From positions 256,001 through 320,000 of the forward strand of contig JBBRLJ010000001.1 of assembly GCA_038231435.1 (NCBI GenBank): a stretch of 64,000 nt of DNA. The letters run 5' to 3'. A model generated the notes under the pieces. The model searched no databases. It was not told the origin of the DNA and worked only from the letters and a program-made list of their open reading frames with translations. Origin of the DNA: Planctomycetota bacterium. Lineage in GTDB: Bacteria > Planctomycetota > UBA11346. The stretch's first letter is position 1; each line of letters starts with the position of its first letter. Below are positions 39,568 through 52,426 of the stretch, piece by piece. The translations under genes were made by a program, and so were the position numbers.

Positions 39568-40143
39568 GTGAACGCTGATGCCCAGGTCGCGAAGGCGCGG
39601 AAGAAGCTGGTGCGGTTGCTGCGGCTCGCGCACGCGGGCGAGCGCGCGGCGGCGTTCGCGTATCGCGGGCACGCGCGCTCGGTGCGCGACGCAGGCGAGC
39701 GCGCCGCGATCACGCGCATCGAGGCCGAGGAATGGGAGCATCGCGCCTGCCTGGCGGGCATGCTCGCCGGGCTCGGCAGCGGTCCATCACCGCTGCGCGA
39801 GCCACTGATGGCGGCGATCGGCCGCGTCCTCGGCCTGGCCTGCCATGCCAGTGGCTGGTTCCTGCCCATGTACGGCGCCGGCTGGATCGAACGCCGCAAC
39901 GTCCACGAGTACGTCGACGCCGCCGTCTTCGCGCGCGCCGCCGGCCTCGAGCACCTGGTGCGCCCCCTGATGGCCATGGCCGAGGTCGAATACGACCACG
40001 AACTGTACTTCCGTGGCCGTGTCGTCGGCCACCCCGGCCTATGCCTGCTCCCACTCTGGCACCAGCTGCCCACTCGCGCAGCGCTGTGGGCCGCCCTCGG
40101 CCCCCTCCTTGAGGAGGTCAATTCATTGGCCACCACCAGCTGA
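39568..40143 (+). CDS. Ferritin-like di-iron protein (Coq7/rubrerythrin-like)
   Basis: AHAGE.AA..AY.GH, EExxH (EEWEH), IE...V.EY and ExxH (EYDH) di-iron ligand pattern. Confidence 0.75.
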   Translation: MNADAQVAKARKKLVRLLRLAHAGERAAAFAYRGHARSVRDAGERAAITRIEAEEWEHRACLAGMLAGLGSGPSPLREPLMAAIGRVLGLACHASGWFLPMYGAGWIERRNVHEYVDAAVFARAAGLEHLVRPLMAMAEVEYDHELYFRGRVVGHPGLCLLPLWHQLPTRAALWAALGPLLEEVNSLATTS

Positions 40144-40233
40144 TCGAATCTTCCAGTCCCCGAGCGACACCATCCCCCGGGGGCCCCATCGCCCCGCGAT
40201 GGGGCGGGCGCCGAGGGGCGGTCGGCGGAAACA

Positions 40234-40337
40234 ATGGGCGTAGCCCATCCGCCGACGATTTCGTAGCGAAGCGGAGAAATCGAGCTCCGACAAAGCCCGT
40301 GGGGTAGGCCCATCGGGCCGTAGGGGCGAAGCCCCTG
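40234..40337 (+). repeat. Intergenic element family B, copy 2
   Basis: atgggc-gta-gcccat, cgtagcgaagcggag, gtggggtaggccc-atc-gggccgtaggggc-gaa-gcccctg. Confidence 0.7.
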
Positions 40338-40436
40338 AACAAAAAGCACGCAGTGAGATCCACGGTTGTCGCCCACCTGCGCAGCCGAGCGTGGTCAGGG
40401 CCCCCATTCCAGGCACGATCCACGCTCCACACCGCC

Positions 40437-41663
40437 ATGACCATCCACCGCCAGTCGTTCGCAGTCACTTACGAGTTCGACGTGCACTTCACCCGCGACG
40501 CCTTCGCGGCGGACAACGACTGCCTGGCCCAGGTCATGGCCCCGACCACCTCGGAGGCTCCATCCACGGTGGCCAAGCCGGCCAAGGCCGGCCGCCCGGC
40601 CCGGGCACTGGTCTACCTGGACGAGGGCGTGGTGAAGGCCCAGCCCGATCTGCCACGACGCGTGCATGCCTGGTTCGCCAATCACGAGGCGCAGGGCGTC
40701 CAGCTCGCGGCCGCGCCCGAGATCGTCGGCGGTGGCGAGGTCGCCAAGGGCGACATGGCGATCATCGACCGTGTCGGCCGCGCGGCCTTCGATCTCGGCA
40801 TCTGCCGCCACTCGTACGTGGTCATCGTCGGCGGCGGCGCGGTACTCGATGCGGTCGGATGCGCCGCGTCGCTGGTGCACCGCGGGCTGCGCCAGATCCG
40901 CCTGCCCACCACCACGCTCGGCCAGTGCGACGCCGGCCTGGGGGTCAAGAACGGCCTCAACCGCTTCGGCGCCAAGAATTTCTACGGCACCTTCACGCCG
41001 CCGCGCGCGATCATCAACGACGCGCGTTTCCTCGAGCATCTCGACGCGCGCTCGTGGCGTGCCGGCATCAGCGAAGCGGTGAAGGTGGCGATCATCAAGG
41101 ATCGCGCCTTCCTCGACGAGCTGGTCGCGACCGCCCCCCTGCTGGCCAAGCGCGACCTGCCGGCGATGGAGCGCGCGATCGCGCGCTGCGCGGCCCTGCA
41201 CCTCGAGCACATCACCGGCGCGGGCGATCCGTTCGAGCAGGGCAGTTCGCGGCCGCTCGACTTCGGCCACTGGTCGGCGCACCGCCTCGAGATCCTATCG
41301 AACCACCGACTGCTGCACGGCGAGGCCGTGGCCATCGGCGTCGCCATCGATCTGCTCTACGCGGTCGAGATCGGGCGGGTCGCGCGCGCGGACGTCGATC
41401 CCGTGCTGGGCTGCCTCGCCACCTGCGGTTTCCGCCTGTGGGACGAAGTGCTCGACCTCAAGGACGCCTCGGGCAAGCGCTCGGTGCTCGCCGGACTCGA
41501 GCAGTTCCGCGAGCATCTCGGCGGCGAGCTCACCCTGGCGATGCCGGACGGCCTCGGCCAGCGCCGCGACGTCAACGTCTTCGATCCCGCCTGCTTCGAG
41601 CGTGCGCTGCTGGCGCTGCGCCGCTGGCGCCCGCGCATCGCGGTGGAGAGCGCCCCGCGCTGA
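40437..41663 (+). CDS. 3-dehydroquinate synthase-like sugar-phosphate cyclase (EboD-like clade)
   Basis: GGGAVLD, RLPTT...DAGLGVKNG, EAVKVA, GSSRPLDFGHWSAH and HGEAVAIG; N-terminal QSFAVTYEFDVHFT. Confidence 0.85.
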   Translation: MTIHRQSFAVTYEFDVHFTRDAFAADNDCLAQVMAPTTSEAPSTVAKPAKAGRPARALVYLDEGVVKAQPDLPRRVHAWFANHEAQGVQLAAAPEIVGGGEVAKGDMAIIDRVGRAAFDLGICRHSYVVIVGGGAVLDAVGCAASLVHRGLRQIRLPTTTLGQCDAGLGVKNGLNRFGAKNFYGTFTPPRAIINDARFLEHLDARSWRAGISEAVKVAIIKDRAFLDELVATAPLLAKRDLPAMERAIARCAALHLEHITGAGDPFEQGSSRPLDFGHWSAHRLEILSNHRLLHGEAVAIGVAIDLLYAVEIGRVARADVDPVLGCLATCGFRLWDEVLDLKDASGKRSVLAGLEQFREHLGGELTLAMPDGLGQRRDVNVFDPACFERALLALRRWRPRIAVESAPR

Positions 41664-41737
41664 TCCGACGTGACTCACCGCCGCCGGTCCCACGAATCGC
41701 TGGTTTTCCCGCGCCGTCCGCTGGCATCCTCCGCGCC

Positions 41738-43225
41738 ATGTGCACGCATCCACACTTCGCCACCGCCAGGGTCGCCGCCGCCATCGTGAGCGCGATCGCG
41801 CTGATGTTGCCGCTCGGCGCGGCCGTCGCCGCCGACTCGCTGTCCGATCGCGTCAACGCGCGCGCCCAGGCCTATGAACAGGGGCTGGTCAAACCCTTCG
41901 AGGCGGTGCTGCCGCAACTCGAGAAGTGGCTCGACCAGCAGCGCCAAGGGGCGCTCGGCGGCATGCGCGCGCTGATGGGCTCAGCCAAGGACAGCGACAA
42001 GCTGTTCGTCGCCTACCACGTGTTGCGCGTCGACCCGAAGGACCAGGCCGCGCGCGCGGCATTCGCCGAGGCCAAGGCCGAGGTGCCCTTCGACGACAAG
42101 GGGACCGAGACCGGCTCGTTCACGGTCGCGAAGGCGGTCGACCCGGATCTGGTCGAGCACGTCGCCGGGCTCGAATACCCGGCCTTCGAGATCGTGCGCG
42201 ACATCGTGGCGGTGAAATCGCCGCTGGTCGCGTCGTACTGGGACGCCCAGGGGGAGGCGCTGAAGGCGCTGAAGACCGACATGCTGACGCTCAAGGACGA
42301 AGGCCAGCCAGACCTGGTGTTCCAGCAGCTCGCCTACTACTACCCCGATGCCCGCGAAGTCGGCAAGTGGTACAAATCGAAGGCCAAGAGCGTGCCCCGG
42401 CAGCGCTGGTGGATCGACCACGTCGACCAGTATCTGCTCGATCACGAGCTGGCCGGCCTCGACGGCCTGACGGTGAAACCAAAATCAGGCGCGCTACCGA
42501 CGAAGGCCGCCACTGGCGGCGGCAGCATCGTGGCGGCGGCGTCGTGGAGCTTCCCGACGGTGCGCAACTGCCGCTTCGAGACGGTGTTCTCGACCACCGG
42601 CCTGAACCTGCCCTCGTTCACCATCTCGGACGACGTGGGCGGCGGGGTCATGGTGATCGCCACCAGCAAGCAGGACGTCCAGGCGATGTCCCTGCCGCTG
42701 CACAAGGTGCTCGGGAAGGCCGCTCTCGCCGCCGATTTCACCGCCGCCTCGGTGCCGCTCGAGGTCGAAGTCCGCGACAAGCGCCTGATCATCTCAGTCG
42801 GCGGATTGCCCGCGATCGCCACCGACCTGCCGACCGGCTTCGCGTTCAGCAAGCTGTCGGTCGAGGGCCGCGGCATGCGCGCCCGCGCGCTGCGCGTGCG
42901 CTTCCTCGGTGCCGCCCGCGCGGACGCCGCTGCGGTTGCCGTGGCCAAGCCACCGGAATGGCCTGCCGAGCGCCGCAAGGAGCTCGAGAAGCCGGTGACG
43001 GTATCGTTCAACGACACCGCGGTCGACGAAGCCATAACCCTGCTCAGCCGGCTCAGCGGCGTGAAGATCACCCTCGACGAATCAGGCGCCCTGCTCAAGG
43101 ACCTGCCGGTGACCCTCGTCGCCAAGGACATGAGCCTGGGCAGCACCCTGCAGTGCCTCGAACGCCAGAGCGACCTCCACGCCACGCCGACGGCGGACGG
43201 GATCGTCCTCTCCTGGAAGAAATAA
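41738..43225 (+). CDS. Secreted hypothetical protein with C-terminal STN-like domain
   Basis: Signal peptide, helical N domain, beta-sandwich and LEKPVTVSFNDTAVDEAITLLSRLSGVKITLD...VTLVAKDMSL. Confidence 0.75.
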   Translation: MCTHPHFATARVAAAIVSAIALMLPLGAAVAADSLSDRVNARAQAYEQGLVKPFEAVLPQLEKWLDQQRQGALGGMRALMGSAKDSDKLFVAYHVLRVDPKDQAARAAFAEAKAEVPFDDKGTETGSFTVAKAVDPDLVEHVAGLEYPAFEIVRDIVAVKSPLVASYWDAQGEALKALKTDMLTLKDEGQPDLVFQQLAYYYPDAREVGKWYKSKAKSVPRQRWWIDHVDQYLLDHELAGLDGLTVKPKSGALPTKAATGGGSIVAAASWSFPTVRNCRFETVFSTTGLNLPSFTISDDVGGGVMVIATSKQDVQAMSLPLHKVLGKAALAADFTAASVPLEVEVRDKRLIISVGGLPAIATDLPTGFAFSKLSVEGRGMRARALRVRFLGAARADAAAVAVAKPPEWPAERRKELEKPVTVSFNDTAVDEAITLLSRLSGVKITLDESGALLKDLPVTLVAKDMSLGSTLQCLERQSDLHATPTADGIVLSWKK

Positions 43226-43270
43226 GGGGCAGCGACGCGAGCGTCCAAGACGCGTTGTATTGACAATATC

Positions 43271-43418
43271 TCGAGCAGCGCGCAGCGCCGTGCTCCAACC
43301 TCACCCTGCTCCATGCCTCCTGGGGGCAGCGCAGAGCGCGATGTTGGGGGAGAATCGCGCAGCGATTCTTCGGATGCCCTTTGGGGCATCCGCCGCCCGG
43401 AGGGCGTAGCCCCCCAAC
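43271..43418 (+). repeat. Intergenic element family A, copy 3
   Basis: tcgagcagcgcgcagcgccgtgctccaacctcac...cctcctgggggcagcgc...gatgttggggg-agaatcgc-gca-gcgattct...agggcgtagccccccaac. Confidence 0.85.
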
Positions 43419-43425
43419 TGAAAAT

Positions 43426-44619
43426 CTAACGGCGGAAGCGACGCCGACGCCTGACGCGCTTCTTCGGCATCAGCGGTACCGTCGAACGTGCCTTCGACAT
43501 CGCCAGCTGGTCCATGCGCGTGACCACTTCCTGGGCATTGGCGGGGCGCTTGTCAGGGCTCTTCTCGAGCAGCTTGACGATGATCTCGACCATCGGCGCG
43601 GTCAGCTTCGGCGCCAGCTTGCGCAGGTCCGGGATCGGCTCGTTGATGTGCGCGGCGACGATCTGCCGGCTGGTGCCGCTGAACACCGGCTCGCCGGTGG
43701 CGAGGTGCCAAGCGGAGGCACCGAGCGCGTAGAGATCGGCGCGCGCATCGATGGTGCCGCCCTTGGCCTGCTCGGGCGCGACGTAGTGCGGGCTGCCGAA
43801 GATGCGTTCCTGCCTGGCCTGGCCATCGGCGGCGATGGGCGTGGCGATGCCGAGGTCGGCGAGCTTGTAGACGCCTTCCTCGTTGATCAGGATGTTGTCC
43901 GGCTTGACGTCACGGTGCACCAGGCGCTGGCTCTCGGCATAGGCCAGGGCCTTGGCAATGTCGCGCATGACCTTCAGCAGCTCGTTCTCGTCGTACGGGC
44001 CCTCGTCGCGCAGGATGTCGCCAGCGCTCTGGGCCATCAACTCCATGATCAGCAGGTACTGGTCATCAACCTGGCAGACGTCGTGGACCTGCACCAGATT
44101 CGGATGGTTGAGTCGGCCGGCGCGGCGCGCCTCGACCAGGAAGGCCTGCACGCGCTCGGGATCCTTGCGACAGTCCTCGGACAGCACCTTCACGGCGACA
44201 GCGCGGCCGAGCGCGATCTGCAGCCCGCGGTAGACGGTGCCGTAGTGGCCCTTGCCCACCGCCTCCTGGAGCTCGAAGCCACCGAGGCGGGTGCCCTCGA
44301 GCGGATCCGGGTCGCCCTCGACGACCTCCTCGAGGGTGAACTGGGTGGTGCCCAGGCGCAGGGTGTCCCCGGGCTTGAACACGCCCTTGGAGATGCGCTG
44401 GCCGTTGAGCCAGGTGCCGTTGCGGCTGGCCAGATCCTCGACGGCGAGGCCGCCCTCGATCAGCGAGAGCTTGCTGTGCGCGCGGCTGATCTGGGTGTCC
44501 GGGATGACGATCTGCGAGAATTCGGAGTCGCGCCCGATGACGCTCGGCATCTTGGTGTTGCCGAGGTCGACCTCCTTGGGCTGGCCGTCGATGGTGCGGA
44601 TGATGAGCGTGAAGGTCAC
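43426..44619 (-). CDS. FHA-domain Hanks-type Ser/Thr protein kinase
   Basis: FHA (IGR...ISRAH...DLASRNGTWLNG); kinase GKGHYGTV, VAVKVL, HRDVKPDN, DLG and GSPHYVAPEQ; Arg-rich C terminus. Confidence 0.93.
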   Translation of the reverse strand: MTFTLIIRTIDGQPKEVDLGNTKMPSVIGRDSEFSQIVIPDTQISRAHSKLSLIEGGLAVEDLASRNGTWLNGQRISKGVFKPGDTLRLGTTQFTLEEVVEGDPDPLEGTRLGGFELQEAVGKGHYGTVYRGLQIALGRAVAVKVLSEDCRKDPERVQAFLVEARRAGRLNHPNLVQVHDVCQVDDQYLLIMELMAQSAGDILRDEGPYDENELLKVMRDIAKALAYAESQRLVHRDVKPDNILINEEGVYKLADLGIATPIAADGQARQERIFGSPHYVAPEQAKGGTIDARADLYALGASAWHLATGEPVFSGTSRQIVAAHINEPIPDLRKLAPKLTAPMVEIIVKLLEKSPDKRPANAQEVVTRMDQLAMSKARSTVPLMPKKRVRRRRRFRR

Positions 44620-44786
44620 GGCAGGGTGGGACGAGGGTATGGGCGGCCACGGGGGCGACAATGGCTCAGACTCGGACTGGACAGTTCCTGTCCCCTCTCT
44701 ACCTCGTGAGCCCTGGCCCCTCGGGCACAGTCCCTTTTTCCGGGCTTCCGGGCCCATACCCTCTGCGCCCTACCCGTGATTCTTGA

Positions 44787-47397
<2,611 letters not shown>

Positions 47398-47398
<1 letters not shown>

Positions 47399-48147
47399 TG
47401 ATCGCGCGCGCGATCGGCCATCCCGGAGCGGATCCCGTGCTGGATCGCGTGAGCCGCCGCTCAGCGGCCGCGTCGATCGTCATCCACGGAGCCTTGGCCC
47501 TGATCGCGCTCGCGCCCGGCATCACCGCGATCGTCCGTCACGATGCCGATCCGGAAACACCACCGCCGGTAGCGGCGCAGCCGCAGCGACTGGTGCTGGC
47601 GCCGGCCGCGGTGCCCCAGCCGCCACCCCTGCCGCCGCTCGCCGCGGCAGCACTGCCCGGCTTCACCGACACCGGCGCCGAGCCCTTCAAGGCCGAGGTG
47701 GCGGTGCCGCGCAATACCGACCGTCCGGGCGTCGACCGCAGCCGCGGGGACGACGGCAGCACCAGCGCGCCGGTGAACCTGCCCAAGGCCGCGTCCGACC
47801 CGCTGACCCAGGCCGCGCGGCTCGACGGCAAGCGCTGGACCGAAAAGGAGCTCACCGGCGAGCAGAAGCGCGTCGCCGACGCCGCCAACCTGCTTGAGAT
47901 CCTCATGCACGCCGAGTACCGCGCCGATTGGTACCGGTCGCGGACAGCGATCACCAAGCCGACGCTCTACCTGCGCGTGCAGGTGGATGCCCGCGGTCGC
48001 CTCGTCGCCGGAACGCGTCTGACGTCCACAGGTTCCACAGCGCTCGACGAGTCCATCGATCGCTGGCTGCGCCAGGAGCAGGGACCGATAGGATTACCCA
48101 ACATCGCCCCGGGGGTCATGCACGTGTTCCAGGTCTCGTTGTGGTGA
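47398..48147 (+). CDS. TonB/TolA-like protein
   Basis: N-terminal TM with SIVIHG, Pro-rich linker and C-terminal LRVQVDARGRLV...STGSTALDESI; TGATG coupling. Confidence 0.65.
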
Positions 48148-49166
48148 CGATCCATGATGACGAGCGCTCGCCCCGATTCCTGAATTGGGTGGGGTGGTCA
48201 TTCACGATCGGGCGTATCGGAGGCGTCTCTTTCCGCATCAGCTGGACACTTCTGGTGATGATGGTGTTCGGAGCGGTCGGCTTCGTGCGCTCCTCGATGC
48301 CGCAGTTCATACCGCTCGCGATAATAATCCCTTTCGCAGTGGTCTTCGCGCACGCCTGGGGGCAGGTCATCATGTCCCGGCTGGTCGGTGGCAATACCGA
48401 GCACAGCGTGTTGTGGGCCCTCGGTTCGCAGAGCTCCCTACGCATCCCCGTGCGGCCCGGCCCGCAATTCGCCACCGCGATGTCAGGCATCGTCGTCTGC
48501 CTGGTGATCTGGCTGGTCTGCGAACTGAGCGTACGCGCGCTGATCCCACACTGGCAGTGGACTCCCGAATACCTCAACGGCTCAGTCCGCGGAGGCATCC
48601 TCGGCTCCGCTGCCGGCTTCATCGGCGCCGCTCTGGGCTATATGGCTATGATGAGCTTCGGAGTGATGCTGTGGAATCTCATACCGAGCATGTTCTTCGA
48701 TGGTGGACGGCTATGGCGCGCTGCCTTGTGGCCGATGCTCGGCCTGCGGCGAGCAGTACGCGTGACCATCGCCGGAGGCTTCGTCTCGTCGGCCGGCATC
48801 ATCGTGCTGGCCATCATGGGCGTGGACATGCTCTTCCTGGTCTTCGGCCTGATGATGCTGTTCGCGACCATCTTCGAGCACCGCTCGGTGCAGGGCGGAT
48901 ATGATCCGGTGCTCGAGACCGAGCCGGGCTATGTCTCGTCACGTCCGTCGCGGCCATCCTGGTTCGGCCGCTGGCGCGAACGCCGGCGAGAGGCTCGCGA
49001 GCAGCGCATCGAGCAGGAAGAGGCGCGTGAGCAGGAGATCCTCGATCGCCTGCTGGTGAAGGTCTCCGAGCACGGCCTGCCCTCGCTCACCGCCCAGGAG
49101 CGCGACACCCTGCAGGCGATTTCGAAGAAGCAGAAACAGCGCGTGGAGAGCCTGGATCGGGCCTGA
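48144..49166 (+). CDS. M50/site-2-protease-like membrane protein with degenerate active site and C-terminal DUF6576-like domain
   Basis: SFTIGRIGGVSFRISW, HExxH position reads HAWGQ, WNLIPSMFFDGGR, and C-terminal LDRLLVKVSEHGLPSLTAQERDTL. Confidence 0.75.
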   Translation: MTIHDDERSPRFLNWVGWSFTIGRIGGVSFRISWTLLVMMVFGAVGFVRSSMPQFIPLAIIIPFAVVFAHAWGQVIMSRLVGGNTEHSVLWALGSQSSLRIPVRPGPQFATAMSGIVVCLVIWLVCELSVRALIPHWQWTPEYLNGSVRGGILGSAAGFIGAALGYMAMMSFGVMLWNLIPSMFFDGGRLWRAALWPMLGLRRAVRVTIAGGFVSSAGIIVLAIMGVDMLFLVFGLMMLFATIFEHRSVQGGYDPVLETEPGYVSSRPSRPSWFGRWRERRREAREQRIEQEEAREQEILDRLLVKVSEHGLPSLTAQERDTLQAISKKQKQRVESLDRA

Positions 49167-49336
49167 GAACGTTCCTCGTCGCGGCCTCCAGCGTCGACGG
49201 CAGGACTATCATCACCGTACTCGCCAGCCGCGCTCCGCGGTCGCCATGGCTGTTCAGCGGCGGACCGCACACCACGGACCGCTGGCCTCAACTGTCTTGC
49301 TTCTTTCCCCCGATCATGCCCGACTACACTGGATCC

Positions 49337-51256
<1,920 letters not shown>

Positions 51257-51259
<3 letters not shown>

Positions 51260-51325
51260 GGAGTGTTTGATGGGTGGTTGGGAAGACACTCTCTTCCTCA
51301 CTCCAAACACCACGCACTCTCTTCA
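51257..51325. repeat. Imperfect inverted repeat (family C) bounded by the ispG and ubiA-like stop codons
   Basis: tgaggagtgtttgatgggtggttgggaaga...tcttcctcactccaaacaccacgcactctcttca; shares tgggtggtt and aaacaccac.cac with 26362-26420. Confidence 0.65.
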
Positions 51326-52231
51326 CACCAGCATCGCGCCGATCATCACCGCGATCCACGAGGCCGCTGCGGCGAGCATCCACGGGTCGCGGGCCAGCAG
51401 CCGCTCCGGCTCCCCTCCCGCGCCGTCGGTGACCACCAGGCGCGTGTAGCGCCAGATGCCGAGGAACACCGGCAGCACCGACAGCATCAGCGCCGGGTGC
51501 GCCACCGCCGTGGGCGAGCGTGTGGCCGCGACCGCATAGCAGGCGATGGTGGCCGCGCCGACCGCGGTCAGCACCCGCCGCCAGCCCGGCGCGGCGTAGG
51601 CGCGCAGCACGATGCGGTGGACCTTCGCGGTCTCGGTGAGCAGGCGCGCCTCGCTCAGGCGCTTGCCCAAGGCGAGCAGCAGCGCGAGGCAGCCGACCGA
51701 CGACAGGAACAACGGCGAGATCTCGGCGTCGATCGCCACCACGCCGGCGATGGCGCGCAGCACGAAGACGCCGGCAATCACCAGGATGTCCACGCCGACG
51801 GCATGCTTGAACGCCAGCGAATAGGCGAGCGTGATCACCAGGTAGGCCGCCAGCACCAGGCCCAGGCCGTGCGAGAGCCACGAGCCGCCCACCAACGCCA
51901 CCGCTGCGAGTGCGAGTGCGACGCTGGCCGCCGCCGCGACGCCGATGCGGCCCGAGGCGATCGGCCTGAGGCGCTTGCGCGGATGCAGCCGGTCTCGCCG
52001 GGCATCGAGGCTGTCGTTGATGAGGTAGCCGGCCGACGCGGCGAGCTGGAACAGCGCCGCCGCCGCCAGCGCGAGGCCCACCTGCGCCGCATGCGCGAAG
52101 GCGCCGGTCGGCAGCAGGCCGACCAGCACCACCGCGCCCTTTGGCCAGTGGTGCAGGCGCAGCGCCGCCGCCCACGCGGAGACCGCGCCGCGCGAGGGCT
52201 CGATGGCGGCGATGGCGCTGGATGCCGACAT
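51323..52231 (-). CDS. UbiA-family polyprenyl-phosphate phosphoribosyltransferase (DPPR synthase-like)
   Basis: LR.HHW.K, YLINDSLD..RDRLHPRKRLRPIASG, AYSL.FKH, LRAIAG, LGKRLSE and G.P..LL..D. Confidence 0.85.
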   Translation of the reverse strand: MSASSAIAAIEPSRGAVSAWAAALRLHHWPKGAVVLVGLLPTGAFAHAAQVGLALAAAALFQLAASAGYLINDSLDARRDRLHPRKRLRPIASGRIGVAAAASVALALAAVALVGGSWLSHGLGLVLAAYLVITLAYSLAFKHAVGVDILVIAGVFVLRAIAGVVAIDAEISPLFLSSVGCLALLLALGKRLSEARLLTETAKVHRIVLRAYAAPGWRRVLTAVGAATIACYAVAATRSPTAVAHPALMLSVLPVFLGIWRYTRLVVTDGAGGEPERLLARDPWMLAAAASWIAVMIGAMLV

Positions 52232-52246
52232 CACGGCATGGTGGGT

Positions 52247-52377
52247 GGAGAGCGGGGAGCGGAAAGCGGAAAGCAGAGAAGAAAGAAGAAAGAAGAGGGA
52301 AGAGGGAAGAGGGAAGAGGGAAGACCAAAGGAAGAAGGTACCCGCTTCCGCTACTCTCTTCCATCTTTCCCTCCTCC
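52247..52377. repeat. 13-unit purine heptamer array followed by a pyrimidine arm in the ubiA/glf divergent promoter region
   Basis: ggagagc ggggagc ggaaagc x2 agagaag aaagaag x2 agggaag x4 accaaag gaagaag, then cgcttcc...ctcctcc. Confidence 0.85.
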
Positions 52378-52426
52378 GCGTCGTCGTCCGGCTTGCCCCC
52401 GCCAGACGGCCTCCACGATCACGTCC

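Noticed and set aside
37782..40376. 864-aa minus-strand ORF and similar long antisense ORFs (10405-12240, 18314-20137, 21044-23077, 23129-25120)
   Set aside because: Antisense shadows of well-supported genes with no recognisable motifs
40391..41737. N-terminal 449 aa of the 944-aa ORF
   Set aside because: Arg/Gly-rich alternative frame over the DHQS-like gene; the real protein starts at ATG 41738 with a signal peptide
43260..43290. TTGACA as a sigma70 promoter
   Set aside because: No -10-like hexamer at 16-18 bp spacing, and it points into a convergent gap
44679..44740. ggacag-ttc-ctgtcc and gggcacagtcccttttt as REP-like motifs
   Set aside because: Single short occurrence in the window; cannot be distinguished from chance hairpins
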